This document shows positions 10,043-20,775 of a stretch of 64,000 nt of DNA, in pieces. How positions within the stretch are numbered: the first letter of the stretch is position 1; the number at the start of each line of letters is the position of its first letter. The DNA comes from Nitrospirota bacterium (GTDB lineage: Bacteria; Nitrospirota; UBA9217). The notes under the pieces were generated by a model. It did not search any database. It was given only the letters and a program-made list of their open reading frames with translations, and was not told the DNA's origin. A program made the position numbers and the translations under genes. Location: positions 1 to 64,000 of the forward strand of contig CAWCKW010000003.1 of assembly GCA_963796285.1 (NCBI GenBank), written 5' to 3'.

Positions 10043-10640
10043 TTTCTTGCGTGCCCAAGAAAGGTGACAAAGCATAAGTAAGCCCCTGCCAGGAAGTCCA
10101 CGATCCTTGTTTTTTTTCTGCACCCCAGTTCACAGGTCCGCGCAGTCATGCTTTGATCTTGCCAATTATCATCCTTTTCTGCTGTCGCAGCGCTCCACCC
10201 TCACCCTTTAAAAAGGGTTCGGCCGCGTCTGCCTGGTCTTGTGGGTTAATTATCTTTATCGAGCATCGCATGTTGTGCGCGAACCTGTTCATGGGATGCA
10301 GGGGGTTTTGGAAAGGCAGTTGGATTCGGGTAAGGATCTGCACGACGGTTTTCTTTCAGCCCCCCATGCGAAAATTTAGGCAGGCGACTGAGTCCGAGGG
10401 TAAAGCATTTCGGACTGTCTGAGCCCGACGCAGGGCGAGTTTCCGAAATGTACTGAGGACGATTGAGCATGCCGTAAAGAATTTTCGCCGGGTGCCCTTC
10501 TTTGGGTCACCTTTCTTGGGCAAGCAAGAAAGGTGACAAAGTATAAGCAAGTCCATGCCAGGAAGTCCACGATCCTTTTTTTTTCTGCACCCCAGTTCAC
10601 AGTTCCGCGCAGTCATGCACTGATTGTTACCAACTATCAG
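10043..10640 (-). repeat. about 1.4 units of the ~428-bp structured repeat, inverted
   Basis: Reverse complement of the 15-16.5 kb array units with a different linker. Confidence 0.9.
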
Positions 10641-10763
10641 AAGCTCCGACCCCGCATGTCCCCGGAGAAGATCCATAACTTTCATTTGCCCTGATAAACC
10701 CAATCACCTATAATAGGAATAGACAGCATATCACTCCAATACCATCAACATCTCAGGCATGCA

Positions 10764-13700
10764 ATGACATCCCGCAAAAAAATACTCCTCTGGTCCTCCG
10801 GCATCGTTGGCCTGGTAACGGCTTTGCTGATCGCTGTTATCGTCCTGGCGCCGATGTATCTGGACTCTCAGGGAGTGAAAAACAAGATCCAGGCCGCGGT
10901 TTCGGAAAAACTCGGCGGAAAAGTCTCCTATGAAAGGATCGACGTTTCGCTCTTTCCCCTGCCTCACGTGATCATCAGGCAATTATACCTGGCCTATCCC
11001 CGGACATTCAGCGGTCAGCTGCAGTCCATCACTATCTATCCCCACCTGTTCCCGCTCTTCAGGGGCAAGCTCCAGTTTTCGAAGATCCAGGTCCAGGAGC
11101 CGGACTTCACCATCGTCCTTCCCGCCGTGGTATCTGAATCGACGCCTACGGCTCCGTCTCTCGAGGAAACGAAAGCGAATATCCGGGCCGTGCTTGGATA
11201 CCTGCAGACGATCGGCCCCGGTCTTGTCGTTGAAATGGACAACGGCAAATTCCTGTTCAAACGGAGCAACCGGGATTTTCTCTCCCTTCGGAACGTGACC
11301 GTGCATTTCAACGCACCGCCCGGCGAGATGAAACTCCTGGTCAAGGCCGGCACGGACCAGTGGGGGGATTTTAGCCTGAGCGGGGCATACTCCTTTACCG
11401 AAGCGCAATCAGAGGTCAGGGATCTGACCGTGTCCCTGGGCCACTCTTCCCTCCAGGACTATTCCGGTGTCCTGACCTGGGACCGGGTCCCGCGTTTTGA
11501 GATACGTTCGGGCAGGGCCGTGCTCGCGCTGCAGGAGATCTTCCAATGGCTTTCGTCATCGGAAAGCCTGGTCCCCTTTATGAAGGAGATGTCGTCGTTA
11601 AAAGGTCAGCTCACCATTCAGTCCATGCGCGGAGAGGGATCGGTCTCCGATCCAAAGAAATGGCGCTTGAGGCTGACCGGCGAGGCCCGGCATATTGAGA
11701 TCGAGTCGCCGCGGATCCCCGCACCCGTGATGATCGATACGCGTTTTATCCTGGAAGATAACCTGCTGGAGGTATCCGAACTGTCTGCCCGCCTGGGGAC
11801 GTCTACCCTGTCTCACGTGTCCGCGCAGCTTGTCGGGAGAAACGATCCCGAGCTCGAGATCCGGAGCGGCAACGCCGCGATCAATATCACCGAGGTCTTC
11901 GGCTGGCGGCAGTGGCATCCGGCATTGGAGCATTCTCTGCAGAAGGTCGACACGCTTGCCGGCAACTTCACCCTTACCTCGTTGAAATTGAAGGGGCCCC
12001 TGTTCCGGCCTGAGGAATGGAACATCAATGCCGGCGGCATGGTTGACCATATTGTTTTTAATTCTGCGTTCTTGCCCGGACAGCTCGGCCTGGTCAAGGG
12101 TAATTTCAGTTATGTTCCGGATAAACTGTCCTTTGCCATGAAGGAAGCCACGATCCTGGATTCGTCATTGACCGGCACAGCCGTGGTGAGCGGCGTTACC
12201 GATACCCTGCAAAGCATCGACCTGACCGTAAACGGGCAATCAGGCAGAAAGACCCTTGATTGGGTTTTTAAGGACCTCGAGCTTCCAGCCGCGCTGATGG
12301 TAAAGACCCCCCTTACCCTTGTTGATTCCCATCTGGTCTGGCAAAGGCAAACGGGCACATCCTTCAGGGGAACGGCATCCGTGGCAAACGGGCCGACGTT
12401 CTTCGTGGACCTTTCCCAGCACGGCCGGGACCTCGCGATCCGCCGTCTCTTGATCCAGGACCAGGAGACCAAGGCGTCCATTACTTTGAATTGGCAGAAG
12501 CAGGCAGCGGACTTCTCCCTGTCCGGTCTTCTGGCGCAGGCCACGCTGAGCAGAATATTCGAGCAGGGAAACTTCGGCAACGGGACCGTGCACGGCGATC
12601 TTCATGCCCTGGTCCGCACGGACCAGCCGCTCCGGTCGCGGGCAACGGGCACCCTTGCGGGGAATGACATTTTCATCCCCTGGGGCATGCCGATCCCGAC
12701 CATGGTGGACAAGTTCTCCCTCCATGCCGACGACGACGTGATCACCATCGACTCCGCCGACGTAACCTGGGGCACACATCATTACTCCATGTCCGGGGCC
12801 GCAACCACCTCTGACGAGGGGATCGCCTTCAGCATGGCCCTCACGGCGGACGGCATCGAGATACAGGCGATCCAGCAGGCCCTGGAGCAGGCAGGCACGA
12901 AAAGCACCGATCGACAAGCCAGGCCCTTTCCCATGCCGCCCATACGAGGCGACCTCCGTGCCGACTCTGCGTACGTTAAATTCGGACGCTTTACCCTTGC
13001 TCCCGCCCACGCCGTCATAACCGTGGATCCGGACAGGGTGAATATGGATTTTACCGACACCAGGACCTGCGACATTTCACTGCCGGGTTCACTCCTTATT
13101 TCCAGGGAAAGCATGTCTTTTACGTTCACCCCCACGGCAAAGAAAGAAACCCTGGGTTACACGATCTCCTGTCTAACCGGCATGGACGTTCATGTTACCG
13201 GCGAGTATGACCTGAACTCGAACTTCCAGGCGCACGGAACGGGGAAGGAGATCCTCTCTTCCCTGGAAGGCAGAGTGGATTTCAAGGCGCGGGACGGCAA
13301 GATCTACCGTTATCCGATCCTGCAAAAAATATTGTCCGTGTTGAGCGTGCTTGAAATATTTCGCGGAAGGATCCCGGACCTGGGGGGAAGCGGCTTCCCC
13401 TATCATTCCATGGCAATACGGGGAGATATCCACAAAGGAATATTCACGCTGGAGAAAGCCTACATCGGCGGAAAGTCTCTGGATATCATCGCTGAAGGCG
13501 AGATCGATCTGGGGAAGCAGAAGTTGGACGTCGTCGTGCTCGTGGCGCCTTTCTCGACGCTCAACTGGATCATCAGGAACACCCCGTTCCTCGGCAAGAT
13601 CATGGGCGGCACGCTGATTTCGATCCCGGTCCGGGTCTCCGGCGATCTGGCGAACCCCAACGTCGTCTTTCTCTCTCCCACGGCCGTGGGCTCGCGGATC

Positions 13701-13790
13701 CTGCGTCTCCTGGAGAACATCATCATGCTGCCGGTCGACATCATCTCGCCGATATTGCCGAAGGAAAAGGAACAGGAAAAGAAGAAGTGA
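10764..13790 (+). CDS. AsmA-like (bridge-type lipid transfer family) protein
   Basis: N-terminal TM anchor, beta-rich 1008 aa, AsmA_2-like C-terminus 'IPVRVSGDLANPNV'. Confidence 0.8.
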   Translation: MTSRKKILLWSSGIVGLVTALLIAVIVLAPMYLDSQGVKNKIQAAVSEKLGGKVSYERIDVSLFPLPHVIIRQLYLAYPRTFSGQLQSITIYPHLFPLFRGKLQFSKIQVQEPDFTIVLPAVVSESTPTAPSLEETKANIRAVLGYLQTIGPGLVVEMDNGKFLFKRSNRDFLSLRNVTVHFNAPPGEMKLLVKAGTDQWGDFSLSGAYSFTEAQSEVRDLTVSLGHSSLQDYSGVLTWDRVPRFEIRSGRAVLALQEIFQWLSSSESLVPFMKEMSSLKGQLTIQSMRGEGSVSDPKKWRLRLTGEARHIEIESPRIPAPVMIDTRFILEDNLLEVSELSARLGTSTLSHVSAQLVGRNDPELEIRSGNAAINITEVFGWRQWHPALEHSLQKVDTLAGNFTLTSLKLKGPLFRPEEWNINAGGMVDHIVFNSAFLPGQLGLVKGNFSYVPDKLSFAMKEATILDSSLTGTAVVSGVTDTLQSIDLTVNGQSGRKTLDWVFKDLELPAALMVKTPLTLVDSHLVWQRQTGTSFRGTASVANGPTFFVDLSQHGRDLAIRRLLIQDQETKASITLNWQKQAADFSLSGLLAQATLSRIFEQGNFGNGTVHGDLHALVRTDQPLRSRATGTLAGNDIFIPWGMPIPTMVDKFSLHADDDVITIDSADVTWGTHHYSMSGAATTSDEGIAFSMALTADGIEIQAIQQALEQAGTKSTDRQARPFPMPPIRGDLRADSAYVKFGRFTLAPAHAVITVDPDRVNMDFTDTRTCDISLPGSLLISRESMSFTFTPTAKKETLGYTISCLTGMDVHVTGEYDLNSNFQAHGTGKEILSSLEGRVDFKARDGKIYRYPILQKILSVLSVLEIFRGRIPDLGGSGFPYHSMAIRGDIHKGIFTLEKAYIGGKSLDIIAEGEIDLGKQKLDVVVLVAPFSTLNWIIRNTPFLGKIMGGTLISIPVRVSGDLANPNVVFLSPTAVGSRILRLLENIIMLPVDIISPILPKEKEQEKKK

Positions 13791-13810
13791 TTACGCTTCA
13801 GGGTTCAGGT

Positions 13811-14099
13811 GGGGGTAAAGCTATTCGATTCTGACGTTCACCTGCGCCGGGTAGCTCTGACGCGAAAGACGCGCATAGCAATGCTGCACAGATCGAAATG
13901 AGAGAACAAGACAAGGCAGACGCGGCCTCACCCTTGTAAAAGGGTGAGGGTGGAGCGCTGCGAGACCTGCATATCAGGGCGGAGGCACTGTTAATATACC
14001 TGGCATGCTGCGCGTCTAAGCGATGAGCTGCCCAAAAAAATCGATGCACACATGGAACAATCGCCAACTTAGATAACCTTCAGAAGACAGCTTGTTAAT
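13811..14099 (+). repeat. dispersed structured repeat, type B, copy 1
   Basis: Homologous to 61512-61844; long hairpin 13849-14033 followed by an A-tract. Confidence 0.85.
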
Positions 14100-14100
14100 C

Positions 14101-14216
14101 TCGCCGTCGGATCCTCTGCGCCAACAAGGCAAAAGACCATCACATCAATCTTGCCGGTTTTGTAAAAAGAGCAGAACGACACGTTTCGCAAAGCAACCCG
14201 GGACTATAGGACGTCC
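14101..14216. repeat. dispersed repeat type C, copy 1
   Basis: Shares TCGCCGTCGG..CCT.TGCGCC, CACATCAATCTTGCC and GCAACC.GGGA with 39241-39356. Confidence 0.7.
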
Positions 14217-14253
14217 CTAAAGATTTCCATCTCCAAAATTTTCCCAGCTCTGT

Positions 14254-14808
14254 TTATCCTGCCCGATGTCCGTGAAGGTGACCCTGGCGCGCATCCCGCA
14301 TAAGCTCAATGAACTTCGTTCGCTGTTCCGGCGTCAGTTTGGATTTTATCTCCTCCCGCGCCTTTATTGCATTGAGCATCATGGCGGTCTTGAAACCCTC
14401 CATCTTTTTTACCTGCGACTCAACAGCGCTCATATCCACGCTGTCCTTGCGGAGATACTCGCGAAACTCCATTGCCGCGATCTTGAGCTCCGCGCGCTTT
14501 TTGATCTCGTCCTTCCTCAGCGCGATACTGATATCATGTATCGCGGCCTTTTGGGCGGCAGTGAGGTCGAGCTGCTTGAGCGCATGCCATAGACGCCGGC
14601 CATGATGACCAGAGCCCGGGCCTCCTCTTTCAGACCAATGATGTGATGCCGGCCCGTCACACTGCTGTACCGGATCGCTGTCTCCCTTGACCCCATCGGG
14701 GTATCCTTTGTCGGCTGCGGATACCTGCGCGGCTGCTATGAGACCCAGACACAAGAAGCCTGCGGCAAGAAGAAGACCGTACATCCTTACCCTTATTACT
14801 TTGATCAT
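14254..14808 (-). CDS. Spy/CpxP-family periplasmic chaperone
   Basis: Signal peptide and two LTxxQ motifs (LDLTAAQ, LTPEQR). Confidence 0.85.
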   Translation of the reverse strand: MIKVIRVRMYGLLLAAGFLCLGLIAAAQVSAADKGYPDGVKGDSDPVQQCDGPASHHWSERGGPGSGHHGRRLWHALKQLDLTAAQKAAIHDISIALRKDEIKKRAELKIAAMEFREYLRKDSVDMSAVESQVKKMEGFKTAMMLNAIKAREEIKSKLTPEQRTKFIELMRDARQGHLHGHRAG

Positions 14809-15042
14809 TGTTGTTTCCTCCTTTGGAGTGATTTTGATGTTTCAGATATCCGTATGGACTGCCAAGCTTCATTTCCTTCGGCATGTTGCTGATGGTATAG
14901 ACCCGACCTGCTGGAAAAGGTTTAATAGACGCTTTCAATTCCGGTGACGTGCGGGGTTAGGGTAAAAAACTCTCATGTTTTTTGAGGGCCACGCCTGACG
15001 CACGGGTAAGGCCGAAGCTTTAGTTCTTTGCTTTTCCAGAGG

Positions 15043-16555
15043 CCCCTGCATCCCATGAACAGGTTCGCGCACAAGCATGCGATGCTCGATAAAGATAGTT
15101 AACCCACAAAACCAGGCAGACGCGGCCGAGCCCTGTTTACATGGCGAGGGTGGAGCGCTGCGACAGCAGAAGAGGGTGATAATTGGTAACATCAGTGCAT
15201 GCCTGCGCGGACCTGTGAACTGGGGTGCAGAAAAAAAACAAGGATCGTGGACTACCTGGCAGGGGCTTGCTTATGCTTTGTCACCTTTCTTGCGTGCCCA
15301 AGAAAGGTGACCCAAAGAAGGGCACCCGGCGAAAATTCTTAACGGCATGCTCAATCGTCCTCAGTACATTTCGGTCCGGAAATGCTTCACCCTCGGACTC
15401 AATCGCCTGCCTAAATTTTCGCATGGGGGGCTTCAAAGAAGTAAAGACTTAAAGCTTTCGGTTTTCCAAAACCCGCTGCATCCCATGAACAGGTTCGCGC
15501 ACCAGCATGCGATGCTCGATAAAGATAATTAACCCACAAGACCAGGCAGACGCGGCCGAGCCCTGTTTACATGGCGAGGGTGGAGCGCTGCGACAGCAGA
15601 AGAGGGTGATAACTCGTAACATCAGTGCATGCTGCGCGGACCTGTGAACTGGGGTGCAGAAAAAAACAAGGATCATGGACTACCTGGCAGGGGCTTGCTT
15701 ATGCTTTGTCACCTTTCTTGCGTGCCCAAGAAAGGTGACCCAAAGAAGGGCACCCGGCGAAAATTCTTCACGGCATGCTCAATCGTCCTCAGTACATTTC
15801 GGTCCGAAATGCTTCACCCTCGGACTCAATCGCCTGCCTAAATTTTCGCATGGGGAGGCTAAACGCGATATCCTCAGAGCTTTTGCCTTACCAAAACCCC
15901 CTGCATCCCATGAACAGGTTCGCGCACACGCATGCGATCCTGGATAAAGATAATTAACCCACAAGACCAGGCAGACGCGGCCGAGCCCAGTTTACATGGC
16001 GAGGGTGGAGCGCTGCGACAGCAGAAGAGGGTGATAACTGGTAACATCAGTGCATGCCTGCGCGGACCTGTGAACTGGGGTGCAGAAAAAAAAACAAGGA
16101 TCGTGGACTTCCTGGCAGGGGTTTGCTTTTTCTTTGTCACCTTTCTTGCGTGCCCAAGAAAGGTGACCCAAAGAAGGGCACCCGGCGAAAATTCTTCACG
16201 GCATGCTCAATCGTCCTCAGTACATTTCGGTCCGAAATGCTTCACCCTCGGACTCAATCGCCTGCCTAAATTTTCGCATGGGGAGGCTAAACGCGATATC
16301 CTCAAAGCTTTTGCCTTACCAAAACCCCCTGCATCCCATGAACAGGTTCGCGCACACAGCATGCGATGCTCGATAAAGATAATTAACCCACAAGACCAGG
16401 CAGACGCGGCCGAGCCCATGTTTACATGGCGAGGGTGGAGCGCTGCGACAGCTGAAGAGGGTGATAATTGGTAACATCAGTGCATGCCTGCGCGGACCTG
16501 TGAACTGGGGTGCAGAAAAAAAACAAGGATCGTGGACTACCTGGCAGGGGCTTGC
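15043..16555 (+). repeat. tandem array of ~428-bp structured units (3 full plus 1 partial) with variable linkers
   Basis: TGCATCCCATGAACAGG begins at 15047, 15477, 15902 and 16330 (periods 430, 425, 428). Confidence 0.95.
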
Positions 16556-16622
16556 ACAACAACAGAAAATAGAAAAGCCGCGTGTTTATTCCGTTGATCT
16601 CGTTCTCATTGCCCCTGATCTC

Positions 16623-17105
16623 TCATTGCCGCGCTAACGCAGGCTCTTTCTCAAAAATTATGACGGGATAGGAGTGATATATTGTTTCTTCTTTTACTTT
16701 CCAGCCCAATCTTGAATAGAACGGAACAGCAAGAGCGGCATCGGTGCTAAACAAAAACAATTTGCGTATTTCCAATTGTGCGGCCTTCTGCTCTATGGCC
16801 TTGACCAGGCTTGAGCCGATCCCTCTCCTTCTCCATGGTTCGGCCACGTGCAGGCTGGTAAGCCATGGCGTCAGGTCGCTTCTCGTCTCCATGTCGAAGG
16901 CCTTGAGAGAAACAGTGCCTATCGGTTCTCCTGCTTCGAGGGCGACGAGGGTAAGGGGCAGACTTTTTTTATTGACCCTCTCCCGGAGAAGGCCTTCAAA
17001 ATCCTGCAGCGTTGCCCCTGGATACAGATATGACCACTCGTTGTATATCCAGGCGGCAAGGACCGGTATTGTTTCCTGGTGATCTCCTAAATATTGAATA
17101 TCCAT
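16623..17105 (-). CDS. GNAT-family N-acetyltransferase
   Basis: 'LHVAEPWRRRGIGSSLV' acetyl-CoA motif and 'FYSRLGW'. Confidence 0.9.
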   Translation of the reverse strand: MDIQYLGDHQETIPVLAAWIYNEWSYLYPGATLQDFEGLLRERVNKKSLPLTLVALEAGEPIGTVSLKAFDMETRSDLTPWLTSLHVAEPWRRRGIGSSLVKAIEQKAAQLEIRKLFLFSTDAALAVPFYSRLGWKVKEETIYHSYPVIIFEKEPALARQ

Positions 17106-17414
17106 TTACGCACTGTTCTTTCATGGTAAATTCATTCGTAGTATATGCGTCGGCAAGAGGATCGTACCCATAACGCTTATTTCCTTAATGTCAAAATCTA
17201 ACCACAGAGTCCACAGAGAACTGCTTGAATTTAAGGGATATGAACTTCCTTGGCATCGCCTCTCCCTCTGTGCTCCTCCTATTTCATTCTCACGGCTCTT
17301 CAACCATGAGAGCACTATGCGTCGTATTGAAAGAAAGGCTCAATGTGTTCATGTTTACCACCGAGCGTTCCTCAGTGCACTCTGTGGTTTCATACTTTCC
17401 TCTTTGCACGATCA

Positions 17415-18161
17415 TCACTTTACTTCGTTCGCCGGGATAGCGTTGATCAATTCCCGGGTGGTCACGACCGTAGCCTGCCGGGGAAAAACCTTGTCCATCA
17501 AAACGCGGTTCACTTCCGCATCCGGGTCCGCGCAGGCATCTGACACGACCACGATGAAGTAATCCCAGTCAGCGGCCCAGCGTACCGTGGAAAGGACCAC
17601 GCCGCTCGTCGAGATGCCGAGCAGTACGAGGGTGTTGATATTTTTTGCGCGCAGGATCGTTTCCAGATCAGTGGTGGAAAAAGCCCCGACACGGCGCTTC
17701 GTGACCACGATATCTCCGGGTTCAGGCGCGACCCTGGCATGGATCTCGGCCCCGGATGTGCCTTCACGCAAGCGTCCCGATGCTTTTAAATTGCCGAAGA
17801 GCTTGTTGTGCGGATCGACCTCAGGGTAACCATCGCGAAAGCGCACAACGACATAGACAATGGGCAAATGGGCTTGCCGCGCCTTCTTGAGTATGGCGCC
17901 TGCTCTGTCCAGCAGGGGCGCTTGCATCTTCTCAGGCAGCATGCTGACGATATCATTCTGGTAGTCCATGATCAGTACCGCCGTTCTCGTTGTATTGATC
18001 GTAAGCGCCGGTTCGATCAATACGGCTGTTCTGGCGCTCGTATTGGCCGACCCCGGCATGCCGGCGCCTTTCTGCGTGTCCTGCTTGTCCACGGCGGCGA
18101 GCGCGTTCCCCGCTATGGACAGTGACACAACCAACAGTGAGATCATAACAATAGTGCGCAT
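17415..18161 (-). CDS. isochorismatase-family hydrolase with signal peptide
   Basis: 'TAVLIMDYQND', 'KRRVGAF', 'GISTSGVVLST'. Confidence 0.85.
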   Translation of the reverse strand: MRTIVMISLLVVSLSIAGNALAAVDKQDTQKGAGMPGSANTSARTAVLIEPALTINTTRTAVLIMDYQNDIVSMLPEKMQAPLLDRAGAILKKARQAHLPIVYVVVRFRDGYPEVDPHNKLFGNLKASGRLREGTSGAEIHARVAPEPGDIVVTKRRVGAFSTTDLETILRAKNINTLVLLGISTSGVVLSTVRWAADWDYFIVVVSDACADPDAEVNRVLMDKVFPRQATVVTTRELINAIPANEVK

Positions 18162-18331
18162 GTATCATACCCTCCTTCGCGAAACAGGAACGATAATAAC
18201 TTCTTACACTGCAATCGAATGGCTTTTGGATGTCGCGTCCGGCGATTGCCGGAGATTTATACAACCGGGTCCACCATATCCTGCGTGAAGTCTGCAATAA
18301 CCAATGCTGCCTGTGGAAAACACGTGCATGC

Positions 18332-18586
18332 TTAGTTCTCCGGGGGCGTATCTGCAGGCGCGGATTGCAGACAACTATTGAGACAACTGGTTAATGTGTC
18401 CTGGCTCTCCTGCACGCACTGAGCGCGCGCCTGATCAGGCTCTTCACCGGGTGGCGGGCAGGTTACATCCCTTGATGCTTTTTCGGCGGCACATCTTGTT
18501 TGGCACTCAGCGTTGGTCTCTGCGGAGCCCACACGAGGCAAAAGCAGCAACGTTCCGAATATGACGAGAATGAGGATTGATCGCAT
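18332..18586 (-). CDS. small secreted Cys-rich protein
   Basis: GGAGG RBS before MRSILIL, signal peptide, 6 Cys. Confidence 0.6.
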   Translation of the reverse strand: MRSILILVIFGTLLLLPRVGSAETNAECQTRCAAEKASRDVTCPPPGEEPDQARAQCVQESQDTLTSCLNSCLQSAPADTPPEN

Positions 18587-18854
18587 TGTCCCTCCTGTCG
18601 GGTTTGCAGGTACGAACCCTGCCGTTTTACAAGACAATTAAAACCATTACATATTATTTTATCATGACCTGATCGGCAAAACCAGGTTTTTTTGGCATAG
18701 TGTGCAGGATGAAACCCGCACGTTAAGCATAAGGATGGGGCATCCGCGTCGCGCCCGTATCGGCCCCGGCGACTCCTCAGATAACATGATATAATTCAGG
18801 CATGGACCCAAATCGACAAAGATTGTAGAACAGCAATTCCTGAAGGAGGTCAGT

Positions 18855-19784
18855 ATGCCGCAGCGTTCCCTGCTGGTCGCCGATGACATCGAGAACCAGA
18901 CTGATGCCGGGAAAAGACTGTCACAGGCGATTTTCAGTGTCGCCTCTTCGTTGGCGCAGCATTTGAAAACCGTTGTCGAGCTCCTGTATGTGGAAGACAG
19001 CAAGTCCTATCCCCGCGCCAAGATCGATCCCGCCGGCATCCAGGCATGGCATGCCGGACATCAGAAGACCCTCGAAGAGGCCGGCAGGCGGCTCCAGGTC
19101 CCTGTTCGCTGTTCACTGGCGAGCGGCTCTCCCGCTGAGCAGATCTTGACGAAACTTCAGTCCCGCCCTGCACCTGAACTCGTGATCGTAGGCACCCGGG
19201 GCCTGAAAGGATTGAAGCGCTTGTTCATCGGAAGCGTCGCTGAAGAAGTGATCCGTTACGCCAGGCGGCCCGTGATGGTGATCGGGCCGAATGCCCGGAA
19301 GAAAGAACTCTTGCTCGTCGGACGGAAGCAGGCGGGCATCCTCGTCCCGACCGACCTCGGCAAGAACAGCAGGGCCGCCGAGCTCTATGCAATCTCTCTG
19401 GCCAAGCGCATCGGGGCCCGGGTGGTCCTGTTTCATTGTCTTGGGGACAATTACCACGCCATCGTCGACCAGAGCATGGCCTCCGGCATGATCCCGTTCA
19501 ACATCGAAAACGTGCTGGACGAGCTTCGGGAGGATGCCATCAAGTCGCTCAAACAGAAAGCCGGTAATTTTCAAAAACACGGCGTTCCCTGTGAATATAG
19601 GATCGAAGAAAGCGTGGCCCTGTCCTCCTGCGCCGTTCATCAGGAGAGTGACCAGGGCTATTCGTTCATAGTCATGGGGACCCACGGCAGGAACGTCCTG
19701 CTGCAGGCCTTTATTGGAAGCACTGCCCGCGAAACGATCCTGAACGCCCCGATCCCGGTGATCACGGTCCATGCCGGGAAATAG
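18855..19784 (+). CDS. universal stress protein (tandem Usp domains)
   Basis: Two 'GxxG....GS.A' Usp motifs; AGGAGG RBS. Confidence 0.9.
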   Translation: MPQRSLLVADDIENQTDAGKRLSQAIFSVASSLAQHLKTVVELLYVEDSKSYPRAKIDPAGIQAWHAGHQKTLEEAGRRLQVPVRCSLASGSPAEQILTKLQSRPAPELVIVGTRGLKGLKRLFIGSVAEEVIRYARRPVMVIGPNARKKELLLVGRKQAGILVPTDLGKNSRAAELYAISLAKRIGARVVLFHCLGDNYHAIVDQSMASGMIPFNIENVLDELREDAIKSLKQKAGNFQKHGVPCEYRIEESVALSSCAVHQESDQGYSFIVMGTHGRNVLLQAFIGSTARETILNAPIPVITVHAGK

Positions 19785-19919
19785 CATTTCCGAAGTGCGC
19801 GAAATGCATGATAGCATTATGTCAAAATCCAACCACGAGTTCACAAAGAAGGGCTGAAGAATGGCTGAGGTTATTTTTGAATGGGGGGAACCCCGGGGAC
19901 TGTGTGTCTCAAGCCTGAA

Positions 19920-20739
19920 TTATTCCCCCTGCTGATCAGGGAGAGATCTCATGGAATAGAGGATCTGCAGGATACTGAGAGCGGTTAGGATCCCCAAGAG
20001 CGCGATCCCGGACAGGACGAACGCGAGGGCCCCTGCCGCAATGGCAAGAACAGCCAGCATATACTGCGGCAGGACAAAACGAAGCGCCGCATCAGGCGGT
20101 TTGCCGGGGTATGAAGAGAGAAAGATCGTATTCAAGGAAAGCATGCAGACCCCTGCGGAGGCACTCAGGATAAAGGCCTCCTGGACCGGCATCATCGCGT
20201 ACGGCGCCAGCACGATCACCCGCTTGACCCCGACGGCAATGGATACGATACCCAGCGTCAGCGGCAGGTGAGAATACAGCCATTGCTGATATGCCCTGAC
20301 ATGATCCCTCGATAGGAAGGACAGCCGGTATGTGTTGTCCGGCGCGATAATATTCAGCCACCAGGATGAGACGGACCGCCGCATACGACAGGGCAAAACC
20401 AATGGAGCTTTGTCCAAGGGCATGCGGCACGTGCACGATGAGGGAAGCCACGGCCACGATCTGTGCCATCGTCAGAAGCCTGTGGACAAGGTCATCGGAA
20501 TCAAATCTGGTCAGATAAAAGGTCTGGCCGACCCAGGCCCACCAGACAGGTACAAGGAGAATGGTGAAATGCAGCGATCCTCTCAATGAGTAATCGCTCG
20601 CGAGGTTTCCAGCCAGCTGGGATATGGCCGCGACAAAAACAAGGTCATAGAAGAGCTCCAGCCAGGTCGCATGCCTCTCCCGTTCCTCAGCAACATCGGT
20701 CCTGAGCCTCGGCGGTTTGATGAGTCCCTTCGTGAGCAT
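19920..20739 (-). pseudogene. ltrA: low-temperature requirement A (LtrA)-family membrane protein with apparent internal deletion and frameshift
   Basis: 'ATWLELFYDLVFVAAISQL' at the N-terminus. C-terminal 'WLYSHLPL' lies in another frame and the central part seems missing. Confidence 0.7.
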
Positions 20740-20775
20740 GCTATCTCATGACCTGTCAGTATTCCACCGTACTTT

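Noticed and set aside
15043-16555. CRISPR array, or repeated small ORFs
   Set aside because: The repeats are ~390 bp, two linkers are almost identical and no cas genes are present. ORFs are not conserved in frame between copies.
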